Shown here one piece after another: positions 47,204 to 55,769 of a stretch of DNA of 64,000 bases (position 1 is its first letter; every line of letters starts with the position of its first letter). The stretch comes from an uncultured bacterium (GTDB lineage Bacteria > Krumholzibacteriota > Krumholzibacteriia > LZORAL124-64-63): NCBI GenBank assembly GCA_963732385.1, contig CAVSZB010000007.1, positions 736,001-800,000 of the forward strand, read 5' to 3'. Under the pieces are notes generated by a model. That model was given only the letters and a program-made list of their open reading frames with translations, had not been told where the DNA came from and did no database searches. Both the position numbers and the translations under genes were made by a program.

Positions 47204-49318
47204 GTGCGACGGACGGGAGACTCCCCGATCAGGCCGACGGCGGCGACGACGGTCACGCGGCCCACGGCAGCCGCCCTCATTGCGGCGTGGGTGATCCTGG
47301 GGCTCCGGGCGCCCGGCGTTTCGGCAACGACGACCTTCGTCCCGTTCACCGATCCCGCCGTGTGGGAAAAACCGCCGGCCGCGCTCCTCGAGACCGCTCC
47401 CGACGCGGCCCTCACCGCGCTCCTGTCCACGGGCGACCTGCCCGAGACCGGCTCACGCGGCTACGATGTGCTCGACTACGATCTCGATCTGATCCTCGAC
47501 GTGGGCGCGCGCCGCGTGCGCGGCGTGGTGGCGATCACGCTGCGCGCCGCGGGCGGCGACCTCGACACCACCCGGCTCGACCTGCACCCCGACCTGGCGG
47601 TCGACAGCCTGTCCTGGAACGACGTGCCGTCACCATTTCTCCGCGACGGGGCGCGGCTGCTGGCCCCCCTGCCGACGACGCTGGCCGACGGCGACACGGG
47701 GATCCTGCGCATCGTCTACGGCGGCGCGCCGCCGCAGGGAGTGCCGCCATTGAACGCGGGGCTGATGTTCCGTCGCCACGGCGATGAAACGCCCGACCTG
47801 TCCGACGACGCGCCGATCGTGACGAACGTCAGCGAACCGGCCACCGCGCACACCTGGTGGCCGTGCAAGGACGACCCGTCCGACAAGGCCACCGCCACCA
47901 TCGCCGTGACCGTCCCCGACTCGCTGTCGGTGGTGTCGAACGGGGCCCTGGTGGCCGAGACCACCCCGGCGCCCGGCCGGCTCCGGTCGGTCTGGCGCGA
48001 GCGGCACCCCATCGCCACCTACCTGGTTTCGATCGCCGTCTCCAACTACGTGCGCTGGACCGAATCCTGTCCCGGCGCCGCCGGCGAGGTGCCGCTCTCC
48101 TACCACGTCTTCCCGCAGGACGAGGCGGGCGCGCGGATCGCCTTCGCGCCGACCTGCGAGATGCTGCGCTTCCTCGAAGAACTTGCCGGACCGTACCCGT
48201 TCGCGGACGAGAAGTACGCGCAGGCCGGCATCCGCTGGGGCGGCGCGATGGAGAACCAGACCGCCACCAGCCTCGGCCAGTTCGTGTTCGCGGGCGACGG
48301 CCACCCCAGCGTTGTCCTGCACGAACTCGCCCACCAGTGGTTCGGCAACCTGGTCACGCCTGCGCGCTGGTCGGACATCTGGCTGAACGAGGGCTTCGCC
48401 CGCTACGCGGAGGCGCTCTGGATCGAACGCACACGGGGCCGGGCCGCCTATTTCGCCGAGATGCAGCGCCTGGGGCCGCAGCGCCACCCCGAGCTGTTCA
48501 CGACGAACGGCATCCTGACCGACCCCGCCCCGATCCTGCCCAACCTGCTGGTCTACGACAAGGGGGCGTGGGTCCTGCACCTGCTGCGCTGGCAGATGGG
48601 CGACGCGCCGTTCTTCCGCTTCGTGCACGCCTGGACCACCGACCCCGCGCGGGCCTACGGCAACGCCGTCACCGCCGACCTCGTCGCCGCCGCCTCGACC
48701 ATCGCCGGCACGGATCTCGCCGCGTTCCTCACCCCCTGGCTCGACACCGCCGCGGTGCCGGAACTGGCGTGGCAGGCCACCGCGCAACCGCTCGCGGGCG
48801 GTCGCACCCTGCTCACGCTCCGGCTCGCGCAGCGCCAGGCGACCCTGTTCACCCTGGACGTCCCGCTGCGCGTCCTCACCGACGCCGGCCCACGCGACCT
48901 GCGCGCCCCCCTGCGCGGCCGCGGCGGCGTGTACACCTGGACGCTCGACGGCCGCGTCGCCGATCCCCGGCGCGACCTGGTCATCGACCCCGAAGGCTGG
49001 CTGCTCTGGCGTGCCGCCGACGGTCCGGCGTTCGTCCCCGCGGTCGCCATCCTGGGTCAGACCCCCAGCCCCGCCCGGTCCGACGGCGCCGAGTTCACTT
49101 TCACCCTGCGCGCCCCGGGCCGCGTCACCGCACGGCTCTTCGACGCGCGCGGCCGCCGCGTCGGCGCCTGGGACCTGGGCGACCACCCGGCCGATTCCTC
49201 CCGCTGGACCTGGCCGGGTCTGGACGCCGCCGGCCGGCCGCTCCCCGCGGCCGTCTACTGGCTGGAGCTGGCAACCGACGACGGGCGCGCCACGCGGAAA
49301 GTGACGGTTCTGCGGTAG
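47204..49318 (+). CDS. Secreted M1 aminopeptidase with C-terminal FlgD-Ig/T9SS-like domain; start uncertain
   Basis: WWPCKDDPSDK, GAMEN, HELAHQWFG...WLNEGFA, YDKGAWVLH; tail 'LFDARGRRV...W.G.D..GRPL..AVY...KVTVLR'. Confidence 0.92.
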   Translation: MRRTGDSPIRPTAATTVTRPTAAALIAAWVILGLRAPGVSATTTFVPFTDPAVWEKPPAALLETAPDAALTALLSTGDLPETGSRGYDVLDYDLDLILDVGARRVRGVVAITLRAAGGDLDTTRLDLHPDLAVDSLSWNDVPSPFLRDGARLLAPLPTTLADGDTGILRIVYGGAPPQGVPPLNAGLMFRRHGDETPDLSDDAPIVTNVSEPATAHTWWPCKDDPSDKATATIAVTVPDSLSVVSNGALVAETTPAPGRLRSVWRERHPIATYLVSIAVSNYVRWTESCPGAAGEVPLSYHVFPQDEAGARIAFAPTCEMLRFLEELAGPYPFADEKYAQAGIRWGGAMENQTATSLGQFVFAGDGHPSVVLHELAHQWFGNLVTPARWSDIWLNEGFARYAEALWIERTRGRAAYFAEMQRLGPQRHPELFTTNGILTDPAPILPNLLVYDKGAWVLHLLRWQMGDAPFFRFVHAWTTDPARAYGNAVTADLVAAASTIAGTDLAAFLTPWLDTAAVPELAWQATAQPLAGGRTLLTLRLAQRQATLFTLDVPLRVLTDAGPRDLRAPLRGRGGVYTWTLDGRVADPRRDLVIDPEGWLLWRAADGPAFVPAVAILGQTPSPARSDGAEFTFTLRAPGRVTARLFDARGRRVGAWDLGDHPADSSRWTWPGLDAAGRPLPAAVYWLELATDDGRATRKVTVLR

Positions 49319-49457
49319 CCGGGCGCCGTTGCGCAGCGCGCCCGTTGCCCGGGGCCGTTCGTCCTGTCGGTCAGCCGCGATAGCGAAACTACAGTTTTGA
49401 TGTATTATGTGCAGCCGGCTGCTGACGGAAGCGCAAAATTAAGACGAAACTATTTCC

Positions 49458-49486
49458 TTGCGCGAGGCGGTTCTTTCGTCTATATT
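49458..49486 (+). promoter_or_regulatory. Putative sigma70 promoter of the HNH gene
   Basis: TTGCGC-17 nt-TATATT within an AT-rich stretch. Confidence 0.6.
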
Positions 49487-49550
49487 TCGCCTTCCTCCTT
49501 AAGGTCCTCCCGCCCCTTCGCCCCCGAAGCCAGGCACGAGAGGACCGGAC

Positions 49551-50981
49551 ATGTGCGAGAAGAATCCGGACGTTGCGGGCCAGACCGCGCGCGGGGTCGA
49601 CAAGGCGCTGCGACACGCGCTGCATGCGCTCAGCCACGCTCACTGCGCGGCCGTAATCTGTTTCGCGGAGATCCTGGCGCGGCGTCTCTACCGCGAGTTG
49701 GGGTACTCCTCCATCCACCATTATGCCGCGAATGCGCTCGGCTTCTCGCCCAGCCGCACCGCCCAGTTCCTGCGCCTCGCGGAATCTCTGAACCGGTTGC
49801 CGCTGCTGCGCGCCGCCGTGCTGAACGGCCAGCTCGGCTGGACCAAGGCGGTCATCGTGGCGGACATCGCCACGGAACGTACCGAAGCGGTCTGGCTGGC
49901 TGAGGCCCAGCGGCTGTGCCGCCCCGACCTGGCTCGCCGCGCCACCCTGGCCCGCGCCCGCGCCCGCGAGGCGGCCTCGGCGCAGACGCTGGAATTCTCC
50001 ACGCGGGAAACTCCGCTCCCCCCGTGTCCGCCCGCGCCACCAGCGCCGCCGCTGATCGATCCGGCGCCTTCACCCGCGACCCTGTCCGCACACGCCTCGC
50101 CTTGCGCCGCCGGTGCAACCTCCCGCCCGGCCGGTTCGCCGACCGCCGCGCTGACGACTGCAACGAGCGCCCCGATGACCCGTCCTCCGGCAGACGGCGC
50201 CCCGCCCTCCCGGTGGGCCCTTTTCGGCCACGGCGGGGCGGATCCCGCCGGCGATCCTCCCCCCGCCGGCCCCCTGCATGTGACCCTGAGCTTCACGCCG
50301 GCCCAGTACGCGCGCTGGGCGGCGCAGATCGAGCGGGCGCGCAAACTGGCCGTGCGCGGCTCGCGTGTCGTGCCGGGCGCTTCGAGTCGCGAGGAGTTGC
50401 TGCTGGCCGCGCTCGAAGAGTTGATCGCGGCGGCGGGGCGCGATTTGGCGCCGGTCCGACCGGTCGGCACGGGTGGCCCGCCCGGGGCCACCCGCTCCGC
50501 GACCGTGGGTGCCGACGACGACTCCGGGCACGCCGCCGTCGTCGTCACCGCCGCCGACCCCTCACGCGGGCATCACGGACCACCCTATCAGATCATTTTG
50601 TTCCGCTGCGAGAGGTGTGGCGGGACCCGCATCCAGACGCCTCTCGGCGCCCGGACGCTGTCACGTCCGACCGCCGAGGCCGCCGCCTGCGATGCGCGCG
50701 TGCTTACTCCGGAGGGGCGCAACGAGACGACCGTTGCGCCGGCGGTGCGGCGCGCCGTGCTGGTGCGCGACGGATACCGCTGCCGCGCGCCGGGGTGCAC
50801 GGGCACCCGTTTCCTGGAGGTGCATCACCGCGTGCCACGCGCCCGGGGCGGGACGAACCGGCCGGACAACCTCGTCACCCTGTGCGCCGCGTGCCATCGC
50901 CTGCGGCACGAGCTGCACGCCCCCGAGACCCCTGACACCCCGCAGGCCCGGGCGGCCCCGCACGGAAGCGGGGCGGCCTAG
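49551..50981 (+). CDS. HNH endonuclease with N-terminal DUF222-like helical region
   Basis: C-terminal 'VRRAVLVRDGYRCRAPGC...LEVHHRVPRARGGTNRPDNLVTLCAACH'; N-terminal 'LYRELGYSSIHHYA...LPLLRAAVLNGQLGWTK'. Confidence 0.88.
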   Translation: MCEKNPDVAGQTARGVDKALRHALHALSHAHCAAVICFAEILARRLYRELGYSSIHHYAANALGFSPSRTAQFLRLAESLNRLPLLRAAVLNGQLGWTKAVIVADIATERTEAVWLAEAQRLCRPDLARRATLARARAREAASAQTLEFSTRETPLPPCPPAPPAPPLIDPAPSPATLSAHASPCAAGATSRPAGSPTAALTTATSAPMTRPPADGAPPSRWALFGHGGADPAGDPPPAGPLHVTLSFTPAQYARWAAQIERARKLAVRGSRVVPGASSREELLLAALEELIAAAGRDLAPVRPVGTGGPPGATRSATVGADDDSGHAAVVVTAADPSRGHHGPPYQIILFRCERCGGTRIQTPLGARTLSRPTAEAAACDARVLTPEGRNETTVAPAVRRAVLVRDGYRCRAPGCTGTRFLEVHHRVPRARGGTNRPDNLVTLCAACHRLRHELHAPETPDTPQARAAPHGSGAA

Positions 50982-53404
50982 CGCACCAGCGTCACCTTCA
51001 CCCACGCACGCGTTCCACCGGCCGTGGCCTGCACGTGGTAGACCCCCGAGGCGCAGGAGGCGCCGTGGTTGTCGCTTCCGTCCCAGCGGATCGAGCCGGC
51101 GCCGGCGGGACGGTTCGTCGACAACAGCGTGCGAACGCGGCGACCGACGAGATCGAACACCTCGATCACCACCGGTCCGGCGACCGGATTGAAGAAGCAG
51201 ATGGTGGTCGCCGGATTGAACGGGTTGGGGAAACCGCCAACGCTCAGAGGTCCCGGCGTATCGCCAACGGCGGTCAGATTGGCCAGCGCGAAGACGGCGC
51301 TCGTATCCGCGGCGGCATTTCCGGCGGCATCGCGCGCGCGGACGAGCAGCCGGCAACGCTCGGAGAACTGGCGGGGCAAGGTCCAGTCGTAGCGACCGCT
51401 ATTGTCCAGTCCGGTCGCCACAGTGTCGGCCCAGGAGGCGCCGTCATCCGTGGACAACAACAGGTCGACGGCGGTCACGCCGATATTGTCGGCGGCCGAC
51501 CAGGTCACGACGGCAACGCCGCCGCTGGCCCAGACCTCTCCCCCGACCGGCGCACTCACCTGCACGCCGGGTGGGGACTGGTCCGTGAGGGCGAAGACCG
51601 CGTTCGAGAGGTCCGAGCCGGCGTTGCCCGCAGCGTCGAGAGCCACCGCCCGTACGCGCAGACTCGCGGCCGGCAGAGCCGGCGTCTGCCACACCCAGGC
51701 GCCGGTGTTGGCCAGCCCGTCGGCGAGCGTCTCGGGCCAGGTCACGCCGCCGTCGCGGCTCAGTTGCAGGCGCACCGCGACCACGCCCCACGCGTCGCTG
51801 GCGCTCCAGAGGATGGTCCGTGAAGCGGCGGTGGGCCAGGTTTCGCCACCGTTGGGCGCCAGCAGGGTCACGGCCGGCGCCATCTGGTCGACGGCCGGCA
51901 CACCCACCTCAACGAACGGACTGACCGTGGCGGCGGCGAGCGGAATCTCCTTCACGATGACTCGCGTGGCGGAGCCGTCATTCGCCCGGCTCGACGGCAG
52001 GCTTGCGTTGTCGAACCTGGTGCGGCCGGCGCTGCCGGGCCAGGGGTCGCCGGCGTCGCCGCGGTCGCGGCCGAGCGCCAGATCCTCGAGGCCGTCGGCC
52101 TGTTCCAGCGCCACGCCATAGACCGGGCCGGCGTTGACCTTGTTTTCGGCCCAGCCCGCGGCGATCACGTCCTCGTCCACGTGCCAGACCAGCAGGCCGG
52201 CGCCCGGCAGGTTGGCGTCGTTGAGCACGCGCTGCCGGTTTTCGACGAGGAAGTACTGCGGCGCGGTCCTGCCCCCGTCCCAGATGCGCCGGGCCAGCGC
52301 GTTCTGCTCGACGGTCGGAAAATCGTAGGGGCCGTCCTCGCTTACCGTCTGGGGCGTGATCCAGCCGAGGTACGCCTTGCTCCAGGCGCACATCTGGACC
52401 GGCACGGCGGGTGAGCGACCGTCGCCGCCCCACGAGCCACCGCTCATGAGGCACCAGTTGCCGGCGCCCTGCCCGCCCCCGTCGGTGTCGTACAGGTCGG
52501 GCAGGCCGAGGGCGTGACCGTATTCGTGACAGAAGACGCCGATCTCGATCAGTCCGCCGCCGCACGACAACTCCGGCTGGATGATGTAGTCATCCACCTT
52601 CAGATAGCCGCCGCCGGTACGCGGGGTGCGGGTGCTGTAGGCGGTCGTGCCCCAGCCGCGGAGCGAGAAGCTGTGGCTCCAGATCGCGTTGTTGCCGCCG
52701 CATTCGCCCCCTTTGCCCGAGTGCACGATGATCACCGAATCGACGTAGCCGTCGTCGTCGCCCGAGTTGGGCACGCCGTCCGGTCCGTCGTTGTCATAGC
52801 CGCTCCAGTTGACCCCGCCGGCGTCCGCAAGGGCGACGAGCTGGCGCACGAAACCGCCTGCGCACGCGGGATACGAACAGAGACCGTTGCAGCCGGCAGC
52901 GCCTTCGTAATAGGTCATGGGGTTGGGCAGCCGGTACCACCCGAAGACGTTGCCGGTGACAGCGAACTGCCCGTAGGAGACCTGAGCGTAGTAGTCGGTC
53001 ATGCTGCCGGTCGGCCAGCTGCCGAACAGTTCGGCCGCGAAAGAGGCGGTCGTCTGGACGCCGAGACGATCGGACGTATCGCCGAGCAGGACCGGGAGCC
53101 GGCGGGTGCCGGCCGCTTTCGCGGCGGCGCCATCGACCGGAGCCTGCGCGTCCACCCCCTTCTCCTCCAGTCCGAAGCGGGGTTTCATGATCGGCCGGCT
53201 CGACCGGCCGAAGCCGGCGGCACGCAGGGCGGGCGGGATCGGCACAACCAGAACGCCGGAGCCGGGCGCCGGCGGCACCACGGCGCGGGCGGGAGGGGCG
53301 CCGGCGGATATCAGCACCGAGGCGAGGACGGCCCCGCCGACCGTGAGGCGCCACGATGAGGCGTTTCTCCAGACGAACCGGCAAAATGAGAACCGACGTG
53401 ACAT
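50978..53404 (-). CDS. M6 (immune inhibitor A-like) metalloprotease with Ig-like repeats and FlgD-Ig/T9SS-like tail
   Basis: SMTDYYAQVSYG, IGVFCHEYGHALGLPDLYD, WCLMSGGSW, QYFLVENR; tail 'FPNPFNPATT...WDGSD..G...SGVY...KVTLVR'; GGAGG RBS before ATG 53404. Confidence 0.93.
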   Translation of the reverse strand: MSRRFSFCRFVWRNASSWRLTVGGAVLASVLISAGAPPARAVVPPAPGSGVLVVPIPPALRAAGFGRSSRPIMKPRFGLEEKGVDAQAPVDGAAAKAAGTRRLPVLLGDTSDRLGVQTTASFAAELFGSWPTGSMTDYYAQVSYGQFAVTGNVFGWYRLPNPMTYYEGAAGCNGLCSYPACAGGFVRQLVALADAGGVNWSGYDNDGPDGVPNSGDDDGYVDSVIIVHSGKGGECGGNNAIWSHSFSLRGWGTTAYSTRTPRTGGGYLKVDDYIIQPELSCGGGLIEIGVFCHEYGHALGLPDLYDTDGGGQGAGNWCLMSGGSWGGDGRSPAVPVQMCAWSKAYLGWITPQTVSEDGPYDFPTVEQNALARRIWDGGRTAPQYFLVENRQRVLNDANLPGAGLLVWHVDEDVIAAGWAENKVNAGPVYGVALEQADGLEDLALGRDRGDAGDPWPGSAGRTRFDNASLPSSRANDGSATRVIVKEIPLAAATVSPFVEVGVPAVDQMAPAVTLLAPNGGETWPTAASRTILWSASDAWGVVAVRLQLSRDGGVTWPETLADGLANTGAWVWQTPALPAASLRVRAVALDAAGNAGSDLSNAVFALTDQSPPGVQVSAPVGGEVWASGGVAVVTWSAADNIGVTAVDLLLSTDDGASWADTVATGLDNSGRYDWTLPRQFSERCRLLVRARDAAGNAAADTSAVFALANLTAVGDTPGPLSVGGFPNPFNPATTICFFNPVAGPVVIEVFDLVGRRVRTLLSTNRPAGAGSIRWDGSDNHGASCASGVYHVQATAGGTRAWVKVTLVR

Positions 53405-53566
53405 CCGGACACCTCCGCTGCAGATGCTGCATTCCCAAGCTGTTGGCAGCGTCCGGCCGGCGGCCCAAACGGCCCCCCGCGTAACTGCAGGAAGGGGAGT
53501 ATCAGGAAGCATGCCACGCGGTGATCGCCGCGGCGTGCAGAGCGACACCAGCGGCGATGCGCCGGC

Positions 53567-55768
53567 TCAGGAGGCCGGACGCAGGTGGGCGTAGCGGGCG
53601 AGCAGATGGCGGCGGCCGTGGGAAGGAAAATCGATCGTGACCAGCAGGTCGTCGCCCTCCCCCTCCACGCGGGCGACCACTCCGGCGCCGAGGGTGGGGT
53701 GGGCGACGGCGCGGCCGGCCTGCAGCCAGGCCACCTCGGAACCGCCCGCGTCGCTCCGGTACACCGCGCCGCCGGCGAAGGGCCGCCGGGGAGCCACGGT
53801 GGCGGCGCGCTCGAGGTAGTCCGCCAGGCCCGATTCGCGCACGTGATACGCCTCGCCCCCGTGCTCGAGCAGCTCGGCGGGGATTTCGGCCAGGAATCGC
53901 GACGGCTCGCTCAGTTCGCGCTGGCCCGCGCGCCGGCGCGCCCGGGCCTGCACAAGATGCACCTGCCGGCGCGCGCGCGTGAGCGCGACGTAGAACAGGC
54001 GCCGTTCCTCCTCCAGCCCCCGCTCGTCGGTGGCGCTGTTGGCGTGCGGCAGCAGCCCCTCCTCGCAACCGGTGAGGATGACGACCGGGAACTCCAGCCC
54101 TTTGGCCGTGTGGATGGTCATCAGCCGCACCACCCCCTCCTCGTCGGCGACCGCGTCGGTGTCGGCCACCAGCGCGGTCTGTTCGAGGAAACCGGCCAGA
54201 CGGCCCCCCTCCGTCGCCTCCACGAACGCCTGGGCGGCGTTGACCAGTTCACCCACGTTCTCGAGGCGCCCCTCGGCGGTGGACGGATCGTCGGTGACGA
54301 GCCACTCCCGGTAGCCGGTCTCGATCATGATGCGCTCGAGCAGGGCCGGCAGCGGGGTGGCCGCTTCGGCGGCGCGCCACTCGTCCATCTGGCCGAAAAA
54401 GGCACGCACCCGCCGGCAGGCGGCGGCCGGCAGCGATTCCTCGAGCAGGCCGGGCTGCGCGGCCACCTCGGCGAGCGTCAGATCGGCGGCGTCGGCCAAC
54501 TCGCGCAGGCGGGCGGCGGTCGTGTCGCCGATCTTGCGGCGCGGCACGTTGAGCACGCGGAGCGCCGCGACGGCGTCGCGCGGGTTGGCGATGAACTTCA
54601 GGTAGGCGATCAGGTCGCGCACTTCGCGGCGCTCGTAGAAATGGGTGCCGCCGACGATCTGGTACGGAATGACGGCGCGCCGCAGGGCATCCTCGAGGGC
54701 GCGCGACTGGGCGTTGGTCCGATACAGCACGGTGACGTCCCCGCGCGAGCCGCCGGCGCGCACGATGTCCACGACGCGTGCCGCCTCGTCCTCCTCGTCG
54801 AGCACATGGTCGAGACGCAGCGGGTCGCCGCACGGGTCGGCGGTCCAGAGGGTCTTGCCCTTGCGACGCCGGTTATGCGCGATGACGGCGTTGGCCGCGG
54901 CGAGGATGTTGCCGCTGCTGCGGTAGTTCTGCTCCAGGCGGATGAGTCGCGTGCCGGGGAACACCTGCTCGAACTCGAGCATGTTCTCGATGCAGGCGCC
55001 GCGCCAGCCGTAGATCGACTGGTCGTCGTCGCCGACCACGAACACGTTGCCATGGTGCTGCGCGAGCGCCTTGACCAGGACCATCTGCAGACGATTCGTG
55101 TCCTGGAACTCGTCCACCAGCACGTGCCGGAAACGGCGCGACCACTTCTGCTGGACCGGCGAGCCGGGCGCGAGGAGCTCGACCGTGCGCAGGATCAGGT
55201 CGTCGAAGTCGAGCGCGTCGGCCTTGCGCAGTTCCGCCTCGTACGTCCTGTAAACCTGCGCGCAGCGCTCCTCGCGCAGGTCGATCGCCTGCTGCGCCGC
55301 CTCGGCCGCCAGAAGGCCGTCGTTCTTCCAGCGGCTCACCCGCGCGCGGACGGCGTTCGGCGGCATCGTCTGCGTGTCGAGGCGCGCGCGCTCCATCGCC
55401 CGCTTGACGACCCGCAGGCTGTCGTCGGAATCGTAGATGGTGAACCCGGGCGGCACGCCGATGGCGGCTCCGTCTATCCGCAGGAGCTTCGCGCCGGTGG
55501 CATGGAAGGTGCCCATCCAGCGCGGCGCCGCGCCCGGCCCCACCAGATGTTCCACGCGTTCGCGCATCTCGCGGGCGGCGCGGTTGGTGAAGGTGAAGGC
55601 GAGCAGTTCGCCCGGCGCAACCCCCCTCCGACCGAGCAGCCAGGCCACGCGGGTGGTAAGGACGCGGGTCTTGCCGCTGCCGGCGCCGGCCACGACGAGC
55701 ACCGGACCGTCCGCGGCCTCGACCGCCGCGCGCTGGGCGGGATTCAGGTCAGCGGGAAGTTCATGCAT
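53567..55768 (-). CDS. UvrD/PcrA superfamily I DNA helicase
   Basis: LNPAQRAAV, AGAGSGKTRV, FTNRAA, VDEFQDTN, VGDDDQSIYGWRGA, LEQNYRS, TIHTAKGLEF, EERRLFYVALTRA. Confidence 0.96.
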   Translation of the reverse strand: MHELPADLNPAQRAAVEAADGPVLVVAGAGSGKTRVLTTRVAWLLGRRGVAPGELLAFTFTNRAAREMRERVEHLVGPGAAPRWMGTFHATGAKLLRIDGAAIGVPPGFTIYDSDDSLRVVKRAMERARLDTQTMPPNAVRARVSRWKNDGLLAAEAAQQAIDLREERCAQVYRTYEAELRKADALDFDDLILRTVELLAPGSPVQQKWSRRFRHVLVDEFQDTNRLQMVLVKALAQHHGNVFVVGDDDQSIYGWRGACIENMLEFEQVFPGTRLIRLEQNYRSSGNILAAANAVIAHNRRRKGKTLWTADPCGDPLRLDHVLDEEDEAARVVDIVRAGGSRGDVTVLYRTNAQSRALEDALRRAVIPYQIVGGTHFYERREVRDLIAYLKFIANPRDAVAALRVLNVPRRKIGDTTAARLRELADAADLTLAEVAAQPGLLEESLPAAACRRVRAFFGQMDEWRAAEAATPLPALLERIMIETGYREWLVTDDPSTAEGRLENVGELVNAAQAFVEATEGGRLAGFLEQTALVADTDAVADEEGVVRLMTIHTAKGLEFPVVILTGCEEGLLPHANSATDERGLEEERRLFYVALTRARRQVHLVQARARRRAGQRELSEPSRFLAEIPAELLEHGGEAYHVRESGLADYLERAATVAPRRPFAGGAVYRSDAGGSEVAWLQAGRAVAHPTLGAGVVARVEGEGDDLLVTIDFPSHGRRHLLARYAHLRPAS

Positions 55769-55769
55769 G

